A stretch of DNA of 63,332 bases, the filler included. It is 4 parts of 4 records of this genome, joined end to end, with 100 filler letters (N's around TTAATTAATTAA, not from the genome) between each part and the next. Parts side by side here need not be neighbours in the genome. Positions count along the whole stretch, not along the records: positions 1 to 15,718 come from SRR20825019_541; positions 15,819 to 32,785 come from SRR20825019_543; 2 more parts are not named here. The stretch is one strand, 5' to 3'. Position numbers and translations under genes: made by a program. Of this stretch, positions 13,085 to 27,700 are shown one piece after another. Positions within the stretch are counted from its first letter, which is position 1. Each line of letters starts with the position of its first letter. Under the pieces are notes generated by a model. The model saw nothing but the letters and a program-made list of their open reading frames with translations. It was not told the DNA's origin and ran no database searches.

Positions 13085-14224
13085 ATGAAAGAAGACAAGT
13101 CACTTTACATTCGATCTCGAGTGGATCATTTCTTCAAGGAGTTCTTGTGTATGTTTCTGGTGTCTGGTTTGCACAGTTGTCTTATCTGAGGTTGCGCAGC
13201 CCTGACAAATGACTCCGGATGGCAGCAGTGTAAAGACTTGCGAGGTTGTAAGGTTTGGAGGCGGCGAAGGCCTGGGTTTTCATTCCCTACCATGAAGTTT
13301 GAAGTGACACTACCTGCACCCAAAGGTGTTTCCTTGGAAACTCTTGCGCTGATACTTGAAGATGGTCAGATGAAGGTAAACTCTTTGCAAGGCAAGGTGA
13401 ACTGCGCCTAAGCCTACACGCTTAGATGAACATGGACAAAAATATAATTGAACTGCGACTAGAAGAGGAAGACGAAAACTCAAGTATACTAAGGTAGTGG
13501 GTCGTGTTCGTGAGAATCGATGGCGTCTAACCACTACATAAAGGGGAGGTTATCAGTGCTTCTATGAACGAGATAAGCTACCATTCCCACTAGGTACGCC
13601 GTTGGCAGGAATGTAGGCACACTGCTAAGTTTTGCCTAGGGAATCGAGACTTTGTATATGTAGTAGCGGCAAGATCACTTCCCGATAAATCGATTCAGAT
13701 AGTTGAAGGCTCAATTGACTCCAATCGTCCAACTCGGGCAAACTACACAAGGTATGGTAGTTTGGCTTCTATCAAGGTGCCTTTAGAGTACAGTTGATTG
13801 ACAGAAGAACAGGGGCCGGTGGGAGTGCTGCCTAAATCTTTCCCAGTTTGGCTCGCAGGTTATAATCACAGGATGGGCTTCGGCAGAGTTGCATGCTCCA
13901 AAGCTACCAAAGAAACTTGAAGAAGTCATATCAATGGCTTTCTTAAATGACGTGCTGAAGAATTTTCAGACTATACCTTCATATCTGAATACAAACCCTG
14001 GTCAAGTTATCCGTAAGAGGGCGTTGGATGTCATTGATTCACAAGACAGATTCAAGCAAGGTGGTCAGGACATTTCCTTAGGTCTCCAGGCTAGCCATGG
14101 CTTTGAGGAATTATCAACGCTGAAAGATTACCTTGAGGATAACTTGGAAGAGTCCACCTCACGAAAGCAACCACCTACCGTTCTCCAATCATTGTTCGGC
14201 GTTTGTTGCAATGTTGGGAATTGA
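13085..14224 (+). CDS. START-domain lipid-binding protein (multi-exon, bounds approximate)
   Basis: Spliced exons give GWQQCKDLRGCKVWRR and KLPFPLGNRDFVYV, typical START motifs. Confidence 0.65.
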
Positions 14225-14303
14225 TGGGACACTGCTTCTGATAGATGAAGGGAAGACGCCTCAATTTATTACTGAACTAGTATACAAGAGTTGAAGGAAC
14301 TCA

Positions 14304-15718
<1,415 letters not shown>

Positions 15719-15818
15719 NNNNNNNNNNNNNNNNNNNNNNNNNNNNNNNNNNNNNNNNNNNNTTAATTAATTAANNNNNNNNNNNNNNNNNNNNNNNNNN
15801 NNNNNNNNNNNNNNNNNN
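15719..15818. other. Artificial contig linker
   Basis: N44-TTAATTAATTAA-N44 six-frame-stop spacer. Confidence 0.99.
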
Positions 15819-15845
15819 CCACCCACCCACCCACCCACCCACCCA
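15819..15845. repeat. (CCCA)n microsatellite at contig end
   Basis: ccacccacccaccc... Confidence 0.9.
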
Positions 15846-15916
15846 ACCACTGCACCCCAGCGAGAATAAATTATAAGAACTGAAAACCTTGTGTTTGAAT
15901 CTTCGAGGACTCCCAC

Positions 15917-18077
15917 ATGCCAATGAAGTACTGGGAGTACGAGTCAGATTTTCCCATCCCGCAGCGGCAGTGGCACAAATCTGGTGCCTGTGCCGGCATC
16001 TGGAAGGCAGCGCCATGGCCTGAGGATGCTCGGCGAAAAAGCGGTCCACAGCCAAAGCCTATAACAAGACTGCTTGGGGACAGTGTCTCAAGCGAGCCTT
16101 CAGGAACAAGGCGACGTGTATCCTTCCGTGATGCCAAAGAACGGTATGTGTCATCAAAGACACACTCGAAACTTGAGGTGGCTAATGGGTATATTTCCCT
16201 CCTTCAGTGCTAGGTCGTTTCATAGGTCAATTGGGTTGAAGCTACGAAACCTTAAAATTTATCAGAGGGAACAGGAGCTGCGGGTGGTGTCGCAAGCGAG
16301 TCCAGACCTCTCCAACAAGTCTCCATCTCAGCATATGGGCGGCAGTACGATGAAAGAAGGCCGTCGATCTCCTGCCAAGGTTAGCCGGGGGAGGAAACGT
16401 AGTACTAGCAACGTGAACTCTGCAGACCCCGAAATGCTTGTAGAGTTGCACAACTCCATAGAGCGATATTTGGATACGCCTGCTTTGAAGGTACTTCAAC
16501 TAGACATGATAGAGCAAAGTATCAATGACAGATTTGCAGGACCACTTCACTTTCAGGACCCTCAACCAGTTCTATAGGGCATGCGGATGGAACAAGGAGG
16601 CAGCAGTCAAGAAACTTATCGCCGCAATTGAGTGGAGGAGGGAAACTCGTCCTGAGGAAATCACCTTCAAAGATGTTGAGAGCGTATATGCACTCAAAGT
16701 ACTGTACATGCAAGGTTTCGACAAAGCTGGAAGGCCAGTAATGGTTGTGTGGCCTGCCCGAGATAGCTCAAAAATTTCCATTAAGCTGAAGCTGGACTTC
16801 CTGATATGGCAGTTGGAGAGTGTCTACAAGCACTTCACTGGCGGGGTTGACCAGGTATGAGGGGGGTACATCTGCGGTGTTCGTGTACAGGCTAAGATAT
16901 ATCCATGCAGCTCGTTTTTGCGGCCAACATGAGTGGAATGTCATTGAGTAATACTGACTTGAAGTTTATGAAAGCCGCTGTCTCGATTCTGCAGTCTTAT
17001 TACCCTGAGTGCATGTTCAAGGGTGTTGCATTTGATCCTCCACGCATATTCCCTATTATTTGGAAGGTCTTGAAGGCCCTGCTCGACGAAAGGACCGCGA
17101 ACAAATGCACATTCGTCACTGGATCGTCTCAGACACGCCTCAGCACATTTGACGAGCTGTTCTACTCTTACCAAGTCGGAGACGTTTTTGGAAGCGTTTC
17201 GAATGGTGTTGAAGGTGTGAGAAAGGCGCTAGGTGGCTGTAAGCCTGAAATTTTGGATGATCTCATGGAAGAAGCCAAGGCAATGGATGGAATAGTATTT
17301 GATCCAAGGGTCCCGAACGGGCGATATCCGCCAAACTATTCGCCCCCAATGCCGTCATCTCGGCGTAGCTCGTTGTGGGACGACATGGATGAGCTTGTGC
17401 TGGATGCTTCAGGTGAAGGGATCCGGTCCGAAGAAACACTTGACAATGCGCTCAGTGGCCTGGATCGTGAGATTCGAACCATGGCACGCGAGCCAGACAG
17501 CGTGCAAGCCATCCTGGAGGGATGGACCCCAGCTCAGTTTGATTCATTCCGTGAATTGGTCAAGCGCGAACGCGAGCATGAGCGTATGTTGAGACAGGTC
17601 TTACATGGATATTTAGAAAAACTAGCAGAGAGAGAACGAGTCACTGATGAGTCGCTGGCTGACTGTGAGAATATGATATCTTTGCGGGAAAAGGACAACC
17701 GCAATTTGGAGCAGTCTTTGGCACAGGCCACCGCGAATTTGCACAACAATGCCTGCGATATAATCAATATTCATGAAACTGAACATCCCATGGCCAACAT
17801 GGCCGCAACACACACGAGTCTTGCCGAGAAATATAAGAGAGAGGATGTTGTGCGTCTACTTCATGAGCGAGACGAAGCGAAGTCGGAGAGAGAACTGCGT
17901 CTTACCCTCCACGAACTCGCAGAACACATGGCCTTGAGGGATACAATGAAATCCGCCAACCTCAGTGACCGCCAGAGACAACTGTATAAGCTGCAAGAGC
18001 GCAATGCCGTGATTCGCGGGCGTCTAGCGGAGATTAATGCCCAGTTACGCCCATCAAATGGTGGCGAGAAGGTGTAG
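15917..18077 (+). CDS. CRAL-TRIO (Sec14-like) protein with C-terminal coiled coil (multi-exon)
   Basis: FYRACGWNKEAA...IEWRR, GFDKAGRPV, LQSYYPECM...DPPRIFPIIWKVLKALLDERTANK. Confidence 0.85.
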
Positions 18078-18360
18078 GAGCAAGTTAATTGATTCCGATA
18101 TCGTTTTGTGGAATGGTGATTCCTCGTGGTCTAGGTTATACCAATGGCGCCTTCGGCCTTTTGAACCTTAACCCTCATGCATAAAGCAGAGATATAATCT
18201 CTAGTCGTGAAGTAACGTGTGTGTGCGAACGATAGGTTTATTGGCCAAAGGTGCGAGCCTCGATCGGCTTTGTTCTCAGTGCCTGAATGGCATTTGATGT
18301 GGTGGGGCGCATCGCCTTCATCAGATCATGTATTCCCTTGTCAATGGTTGACCTGCACGA

Positions 18361-20234
18361 TTACATCACGGAACACGCGGCGCTTTGATTCGCATTACGC
18401 CCTGCCTTCCCTTTGTTTTTGGAAGTTTGCTGCCTAGTGTTCTTGGAGACCTCTTTACCCTGTGCCTTCTTAGTGCCCGTGTCATCACTTTTAACAGCAG
18501 GCATAACACCGTTCTTTCCATTTGATGCCTCATTCTTATCTTCCTTCCCAGTCTCGGCCTTCTCACCTGTGGAGGCAGGTTTCTCGTTTTCCTTGTTTAC
18601 TCCGGCATCAATATTCACTACCTTAAGTTTTTCAGCTGCTTCCCTCGCCCTATCCTCGGCATTCAACCGCTTCACCTCATCCAACTTCACCCGCTCTCTC
18701 AAAGTTCGGAATTCCTCTTCATAGCTCTTCTCTAAGGATTTGCGGTAATTCTGCAAAACTTTCTTCATTTTCCCTGTTATCTCAATGCCGCCATCGTTCA
18801 TCCGCCGGCCTAAGATGAGCTCTACACCATCCTTGAACTTCTCGCGCCGACCAGATTGCGTGAAGTCTCCGACAAATTCAGGGTCTGCTTCTGCCGAAGC
18901 CGCCGCATCATTGATGTCATCGTCGTCCTCGAGCATCGGGCCGCAATTGGACTGCATCGGGCCTTTTGGCAATCTTTCTGGAGCCTTGGAATTCGCCAAC
19001 GCGTCACCACTGTCGTAATTTTTCGGGCGAGTGCGGTCTCTGAGCTCCGCATCCGCAAGTGCAAAAGCAGTTTCATTGATCGACGACGCTCGAAGCTGCT
19101 CAGACATAACGTTCGCAACCCCATGCTGCAACTCAGACAATAGCGCCTGCTGCTGAACCATCTCCTTCTTCACATCTAATGTTCTCCTCTGCAACTCCTC
19201 ATCCCGACGTTTGAGTTCATCCAACTCCGGCATCCTGTTCGCAGTGCGCTCCAGATACTTCCGTTCGATCAAGGACGTAGGGTCCACTTCGTCATACCTA
19301 GCCTCACGCTCAGCAGTCACTCCCCATGCTTCGCGGCGCGCGGAGTTCCGCATGGTCTCAGTCTTCTGCTCCGCAGCCTGGAACTTTTCCATCTCATCGT
19401 TGAAGTTAGGAAACAGCTGCCGCATTAGTTAGAGATAGGCAAGAAGTTCAACACAAAAGGTGTCACCTGTCCATTTTCGTGGTGAGCCTGGCCCCCCTTC
19501 ACTCCAGTCTGCCGCTGAGCACGATCCAGCAGGTACTTGTAGGTTTGAACTGCTCGACCAGACGCTCTGATTTCGGCCTTAATGGTTTCAATTTCAGAGT
19601 TAGTGAAGTCAACTTTCCCGCGAACTTCGTCAGCAGCTTTTTCCGTGGCCACCATTTGATTCTGTAAGTCAGAGTGTCTCGTCACCCAGTACTGCTGCAT
19701 GTACAAAAGGTACTCCAATATTAACTGCAACACTCGAAAGAGCCTTCGGAATTCCTCATCAGCAAGACCTGTGGTTGTAATTGACTCAGGATCCGCAAAT
19801 ACAATCGTCTTGAGGTGACGCTGCAACTCGTCAACATCCAGGTTCTGACGTATTTTCCCAAGGTCGACAGGTGCAAGGCACTGCCAGTTAACCTGGTCAC
19901 GCTTCCCCGTGTCGAAAAAGAATCCTGCGGCATGGTGCCTGCAATACAGTTAGACACTGGCAAGAAAAGTTTTGTTAAAACATTACTTGAGGCTATCGTT
20001 AGACTGTGCGGGCCGGGCAGCCCTGCGGACTATCGTGGTTCCTGGGGCGGACCAAACAGTATTGACGCTCTGCTTGCTGTAGAAGCCAGGGGGCGGGGGG
20101 GTAGGCCCCACATGCTTGTTAGCATGAAGTGGCGCTGGAGCTGTCTCAAATGCATCGCCCTTGGGAACGGCGGCGGCCTGAGCTGCCATGCCCCTCGGGT
20201 TGTCTCGCCATTCCAGGTTGGTGAACTCAACCAT
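18361..20234 (-). CDS. DZIP1/Iguana N-terminal-domain protein (ciliary) ending in a CaaX box
   Basis: VNWQCLAPVDLGKIRQNLDVDELQRHLKTIVFAD...LFRVLQLILEYLLYMQ resembles Dzip-like_N; coiled coils; ends CSVM. Confidence 0.75.
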
Positions 20235-20559
20235 GGCCCCCGCTGCTCACTGCACCTCTACAGGTGTATAAGCAGAGTTCCCGCGCTATACAAAAACGTG
20301 CACTTTGTCTGGGCCTTTACAGAAAACACCATGGTTGGCCTAGCTGTGGTGGTGCCGCTACCGTGGTCATTGTCAACTGGTTGCTAGGGTTCCGCGTGTA
20401 CAGTGCGTCGTAAGGGCCGCACCGTCTGTACACTGACGCAGTGGCAAGTCTAAGGGATGGAGCCGCGTCTGCGGTCATGGCTTGCAGGCATCAAGGCTGC
20501 TGGCCTGGAGCGAAGTCACCGATGCAGTACGGCAGTCGATCGATGAGCCGGCTACGGCT

Positions 20560-20900
20560 CGGCTATGAACCGTGGTGAGCAGCGGACGGGCTGGCCGGAG
20601 CCCCACTCATCAGTCCGGTGTGAGTCAGGCCCGGTCAGGTGTGCCGCGCGCGTCCGGCCGAGCCGTACCAGAAAGACTTCCTAGAGCCTGAGCCTATGTG
20701 GGTAGGGCCGCGGCGAGCCGCGGCGGGTCCGCCCTCCCAATCAGTGCCGGCGCCCGGCCAGCCGCACTGCAGCGCCCGGCGAGCCCGCGGGCGGCACTCC
20801 GCGGATCGGTTTGAATTCATGATACCGGAGAAGTGTCGGTCCTCGTACCCTTGAGGCACCCTGCTGCTGGGCACTTCACAGCCGGATGGTCAGGCGCCCG
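20560..20900. promoter_or_regulatory. GC-rich bidirectional promoter island
   Basis: GC block between the divergent DZIP1-like and EF-hand genes. Confidence 0.5.
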
Positions 20901-21222
20901 GATGGCGCCAGCAAATAGATGGTTTCGAGGACGATTATTTTGGAGCCTATCCTCGAAACTGTTTGAATCACATCTTAAGCCACTCTGGGGCAGCCACAGG
21001 CTAGCCGGCGTGAGCAGTGTCCATTCTGCCTGCCTATCTCTCTGCCGCTACATCCTCCTCACACTCTACGGCCCACACCAGCAAGTCTTCCATGGTTTGG
21101 CCGGACCAAAGCGCCAGCCCGGAGAGAGCTAGTCACACAGTTCAACACTGGGTTATATATACGTGAGAGGCATCCCCTTATGACTAAGCTTGACTGGGCA
21201 GCCTCGTAGACCACTCTTCATC

Positions 21223-24200
21223 ATGGCGACTATAGCTATGCTTGCGGTGGGTGGTGGCATCTGAAGGTTGATAGTGTGATGAAGCTTACGTCTTTGTTAG
21301 GGAGGTGGTCAAGATTTAGATCCACAGGGTAATCCCGTCCGCTTTACACAAAGAGATAAAAAGTTCCCAGTCGTGGTAAGAATGCTCCCTTGTAGCCGGG
21401 GGGGCCTTGAAGAGTGGAGGAGTGACTGACTGTATATGGCAGGAGCAACCGAAGGACTTTGCTAGGAGCCACACTGATGTTCACAGGGATATCATGAAGT
21501 TGGATGGCATTGACAAAGTTCACCCTCGAAAGCTAGAGGTTTTTACTAACAAGCCTGCGCTTGATGAAATACCCGGGACACGCCCCGCTGAGGTCGTTCG
21601 TAAGGAACCAAGGAGAGGACCAGAGTATCAGTTCACGACTAGTGATATCGAGGGGGCGAAAGCGAAGGTTAAGGACGGCTGGGCGTGGAAACGCCACATC
21701 AATCCCTTGGATCCTGAGTATAAACTCCCGTCCGCACCGGAGCAAGCGCCCCTACCTCCAGCAAAGCAGCTGCACGATACCAACAACGTCAAAGACATCC
21801 AGGGCACGCAGCCCAACCCTCTTTACAGGTGCGATCTTTTTCTCTTCTTCTTTTCAGCTGGAGACTAAAGCGGTATTGCAGATACGAGACACGAGAGATT
21901 ATTAAGAACGATGACATAGATGCATCGTACGTCGGATGGAAACCTTATCACAAGAGGCGCGTGGATCCCCCCCGGGACCAGCAGGAGTGCAGGGATATTA
22001 ATGGGGAAAGGTGGAGGTCGACTGCCCACAGAGATGCCCAGGACCCAGTTTACGTTTGGGACACTGAAAAAGGACGTGGGAGGATTGGAGAGGACCAAGA
22101 TGCTGCTGGTTTGCGTAGCGATCACAATGACAAGACCGCTAAGCCATATGGATACATTGCTGGTTCACGGCCCCGGCCTGCCAGGAAGCAAAAAGAAGTT
22201 GAGCTGTGCCTGGATGTTCACGATATTGTTGGAGAAGAGAGGCTCTCCGATTTGAAGCCCCGCAACCGAACACAGTTCAGGAACACAAATTATATACAAG
22301 ACATTCCGGGCACCACTCCAAAGCAGCCACTTTGGGCGAAGGAAGATGCACCAGCAGAGGAATTGGAACACAGACTGCGGCACCACCTGCTAGAACAGGG
22401 ACCTGGGAACACTGGCTTTGATGATATGATGAAAATATTCGGGGCAATGGATGCCGACAAAAACAAGAAGCTGGATCGAGGGGAGTTTAGGGATGGATTG
22501 ATAGAGTACGGAGTGATGATGCGGGAGCAGGAGATCCAGCGTGTTTTCAATATGTATGATAAGGATCGCTCGGGAGCAATAGATGCCAAGGAATTTGTGG
22601 AACACTTGAGAGGTCCGTGGCCTTGCCGCTAGGGTAGTTGCTTTGAGACTCATGCGGTGCACAGGACCCCTGGATAGAGATAGAATGAATCTTGTTCATA
22701 GAGCATTTACGATGCTTGACAAGAAAGGTGAAGGGGTTGTTACTCTCGATAGTCTCAAGTAAGTTCGATAATCTTTATCTTGATGCTATAAATTCACTGA
22801 ATTCTCCGATCACAGGCAGCATATTATGAATGGAAAGGACAAGTCCGATAAACAAGCAATGCAGCGTCGGCGGTCGGTCGTTAAGTTTTTCGAACGGCAG
22901 GCTGGGGGGCGTGGCAACGTGGATGTCCGCGCCTTTGAAGACTACTTCGGGAGAATGAGTAGTTGCATCGACGAGGACAGGGACTTCTCTAGGTTGTTGC
23001 AAGGGTCGCTGGGTGTCAAGATTCCAATATCGCGACCGCCCTCGGGTACGTCTCTTGTGAATTATAACGGGCTGCTCTGACGTGCTGTGTAGCATCGAGA
23101 CCCTCGACACCTGCTCCAAGAACAAACATCGACGATCTCACAAATGACATCAAGAGCCATTTCTCAGAGGTCGGAATTGACGAGTCCCGTTACTACAGCT
23201 CTTTCCAGGCCATGGACAAGAATGGAAACCACACGGTCAGTTACCTTGGATCACTTCTGGATATTGCCTCATGAGTTTCATTCAGGTCGACAAAGCTGAA
23301 TTCCGAGATGGACTGAAAAATATGGGGGCAAAACTCCACGACAAAGAAATCGATGTTCTCTTCAAGCATTACGATCGTGATGCCAGTGGCGGCATCGATG
23401 TTGAAGAATTCTTGGTTGCGGTCAAAGGCTCGCTAAATGCCCCCCGCAGAGCTTTGGTGCAAGCCGCATTCGAGAAACTGGATGCGGACCGCAGTGGTGA
23501 AGTGGAGCTGGACGAGGTTGCCAAGCACTACAATTCCAAGAGTCATCCCAAGGTAAAGAAGGGCCTCATTGCGAGTGAACAAGCATGCCAGGAGTTTGTG
23601 CGGCAGCTTAAGCTGGGAAAATACGGAAATGACTACAACAAACTTTCGTATAAGGAGTTTGAGGAGTACTATGCTGGAGTCAGCGCTGTTGTTGATGATG
23701 ACGGGTAGGAACATTCACGACGTCTTCGAGGTTTCGCACGTACTGACTGTGTGAGCAGGTACTTCGAACAAATGATGAACAAAGCATGGGGTGTCGGAAG
23801 GACCAGCAGGACTGCTGGGGTGGAGGGGTCGGACCTGACCAAGGTGTCAACACAGGGCTCGTTGGAGCTCACTGTGAAGCTAGAAGAGGCTAAGATGGCA
23901 GCTGAGAGGAATAATAGCCTGCAAAAGCGTCCGTCATCGGCGGGCACATCTGCCCAAGGGTCGTCGCGGCTTGGAGAGATTAAGAACAAGTATCATACAA
24001 GCGTTCGATCTGGGGGCACGAACGACATGATGCGAAGGGCTTCAAGCGGGAGCGTGCGGAGCACCGGTAGCGTTATGTCCAAGGAATCTGGGATTGCGCA
24101 TGGTCTATCTTCACGGCATGTCACGCCGCGGGCCGAGAATAGAGCCGTAACGCCCAGATCTGCCACCCCTACTTCAAGCGCGCCGAGCCCTGCGTCTGCC

Positions 24201-24479
24201 GCGATTGCTACTGCTCGTAAACGAGCACTTCCCTCGCAGAAACCCCTACAAAAGATGGCATGGTCTTGCTCCGGGAGTGGCACTCCAAGGTCGGTAGGTT
24301 CCCCTAGCCCGCGCCAAGTGTCTGGGGCCAACCAAGATCGGCCTTTATCGGCCACACCAAGGGGAATGACTCCTCGGTCAGGTGGCGCAGGCTCTGGCAC
24401 CCCTCGAAGTGCTAGCGTAAAACAAATGAGGGAACAGGAGGAGCTCGCTTCCGACATCGCGTCCGTGCGGGCTTTGTGA
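21223..24479 (+). CDS. Calcyphosin-like multi-EF-hand protein with N-terminal DIxG repeats (multi-exon)
   Basis: EF loops DADKNKKLDRGEF, DKDRSGAIDAKEF, DRDASGGIDVEEF, DADRSGEVELDE; calcyphosin motifs YNSKSHPKV and EFEEYYAGVSAVVDDD; repeats TSDIEGA, KDIQGT, QDIPGT. Confidence 0.8.
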
Positions 24480-24717
24480 ATTCACCATGACAATCACATT
24501 CAAGGAAAGGGTGATATTTACAACAATGAATAAGGCACCGAGCCCGAGCCAGGGCGGCGAGACACCCGTGGCTGCGTATCGTTCACAACACTCCACGAAT
24601 TTCAGGCTCATGTCATTGACTGGACCTCAGCTTCTAGCATCTCATTAGTGCGCCGAAGAGCCTTCAGCTTTTCGTCCTGCTGTTTTAAAAGATCCTCGAG
24701 GTCTTAAATGCACTCTA

Positions 24718-27700
24718 TTAGTAAATTCGATTTACCACACCATCTAACATGAACTCACCTTTGTCGCTACTCGCGTTTGACTGTCGATCAAGACTAGGCC
24801 GGGACTGGGGCGTTCCACTCCGATGTCTTGTAGCAGCTACATGCTCGTCATTCTGGCTGGGATTTGCCCTGCCTTGCCTGCTCTTGCCATTGCGGAGAGA
24901 TAGCAGCCCCTTCAATGTCTTTCCCGATCTGCGGTGAGGAATGTTGTTATCTGATGCATATCGGGCTTGGAGGACAACGGCGCCTTCATTCGAAGGGTTT
25001 TTCTCTTCGGCTGCTCCCGTTGACTTACTGCCACGGCTGGGCGGGCGGCTGCTAGGCTTGCTTCCTGCGTTGCTTGGGGGTCTACTGTGCGGCCTGCTGC
25101 TTGGCTTGCTTCCCAGAACACTTGCAGGCTGGCTTCCATCCACGCTAGCAGATTTGCTACCCGAGTCATGCGATGGTCTCCTTCCTTCCGATTCGTCTCC
25201 TGCACTTGTGGGGAGGCCTTCTTTTTCATTCATCGGTATCTTCATCTCCTTGATCAGCTCATCAACATCGTCCAACCACGGGATAGAAACGTCATCGTGG
25301 ACTTTGTGGCTGTCCGTGTCGGGTTTCTTGCTAGATGAATTACCGTTGTCAACGTTTGAACTTGTCTCTGCGCTCGGTTCAGACTTGGCTTCGGCCTCGG
25401 CTTCAATGATGCCAACACCACTCCCAGGATCGTCAACAGGATTTTCAGTACTCTCTTGAAACGTAACTGCCTGACTGCTCTCTGGGACGACTGGCTTCTC
25501 TGGCACTTCTTCGCCAGCAGGGGCAAATCCGAAAAGTGCCATGGCATCCGCAGCACGTTGCTCGTCCGCCTTCGCAGCACGATTTTCATTTACGGATGGG
25601 GCATCTACGTCATAGCCCACCTCAATGTTGGTTGCTTCTCCCCCGCCGAGAGAGTCAAACTCGACCCTGTTTTCAGCCGCCTGCTTCGGATTGACCAGAG
25701 ATGCCGACACAATGCGCATATTCGGAGTTGCCTTCATGGGCTTCACTTTAGGTACGGAGGACTTGTTGGCGCCCTGCACCCATATCATTGGCTTCTTAGC
25801 TTTGGTCTCTTCTTCTTTCTCGCTTTTTTCCGAGCCCTTATCACTATCAGACTCATTGGGAGACCCAGGTGTGGCCTTGACTTGTTTTGGCGTTGAGAAT
25901 GTTACAAACGTTGACCTGAAAGGCTCATCAGGCCGGATGTCGTGCACTCTTCCGTCCTCTAAACCAGGGCTAAGCGCCATATCGTATTTTCTGCTTAAGG
26001 ATTCCGCAAGAGCGCGTGCAACATCATCACCGGCCATGACTGCGGCCTCAAACAAGCCATCCACACCTTCCGCTTGGACTTGAGCTCCTGTGGCTTCGTC
26101 ATACCGTATGGGCATCTCTACTGGCAAGTCTGCATCAGGAGCTAAGCAACTCTTCCATTCAGCCTTACGGGCAGCATTGACCAAACGTGATTTGTGCTGC
26201 GAAAATATACCAGAAGAATACTTATGCCATTCTTTCGGTATATCAACGTGGTCAGTATCATCATCATGGACAGATTCAGCAGGATTCTCCTCATTATGCG
26301 AACTTTCGGGCGGAGATATAGCTTTTCGCACGGGCAACTCGGGTGACGGGCTGCGCCTAAGCGGGGGGCCGCTGTCAGGTCCAGGGCCGTGTGATGGAAT
26401 AGGGGCAGGGACCGCAGTCCACGAACGGCTGAAGAGATTCTGCATATATCGCACCACGGTGCTCCCCCGCAATGTTCTCCACTGTCCAATGGCCTTGTCG
26501 TGAACGCCGACCCCTCGAGGGGATTTTGATAACAGCACGACATTCCGATCCGTGAGACAGGTGCACCAGTCGGCTACAGTCTGACCGACAGATTCCCAAT
26601 GGCGGGTGACAATTTGCTGAATAGACCTGAAACAAGGGTCGCTCATGAGAGCTTGGGGGGTTGCATCCGCCATAAGGTACTTGGTTGCATCGCAGAAGTG
26701 CGCAAAAATAGCCGAAACAACCGCCCATTGGAACGATGGAGACGTCAGCTGCTCCATGCTCGGAGGCCGCAGCACAGGGACAAGATCCACATGCTCTATC
26801 ACACCCGGCTGTGTACCCAACACCGCGGACCAAAATCCAATAGCTCCATATGTTCGGAGGTGCGAGCAAAGTCCAATAATGTGAGCATAAGCGGTTTGTC
26901 CTCCCAATTGAGGAAAACCAGCCTGAGCGTGAATCTTCGTTACTGCCTCCTCCCAGCCCGCCAATGCACGCAAATTACTGCTTATGGCAGAACGCATCTC
27001 AAAAGATGCGTTGATGGCTTGGACATGACTCGCCAAAGATATCAGCTCGGACTCGGACAAAGCTACCTTCACCAAATAGCGCTTCCAATCCCTGAAGGTC
27101 ACCAATGAGCGCCCTTCTCCAATATCCTTTGTAAATAGAAAACAAAGAGCCATAACCACATGAGACCCAGCCTCAGAGAGTATTGAAATCTCATCCACAG
27201 ACAGTATGCACAGTACGAACGGCAGCACGTTCAAGGCAGTGATCGATCCACAGTTCTCAGAGTCCATCTTGGAAAAGATTTGGCCTGCGGCGTCGCACCA
27301 TTTCTGCGTAACAGCAATGCTGTGGCTACGTCGATACCCCTCCTTGGATAAGTCATGGTCGTGAAATTGTGACAAGACACAGACAACGGAGTGGAGTGCA
27401 TCCTCGTCCAATAGTTCCAGAAACCCGCAGAATTGGTCGAACGACATCATCGCCTTTGTAGTGGTGCTGGTGGCCGGATCATTAACATCTTCCATCCATC
27501 GATAGTAAATAGGTTGGATGCGTGCATCAGGTGATGCGTTGGAGAGCACTCCTTGTTTGGGGCGCAGCCACTCCAGAACAGAGAGAAACTTCTTGATATC
27601 TTCACCCGTCGCTCCGGGACGTGTGTCAACCACCATTTCTCGATAGAGTGTCCTTGCTAGCCAAAGCCAACGTGGGCTTGTGGGTGGACGTGAAGAGGAT

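Noticed and set aside
15763-15774. TTAATTAATTAA palindrome as a biological site
   Set aside because: Six-frame stop linker repeated identically at each contig join.
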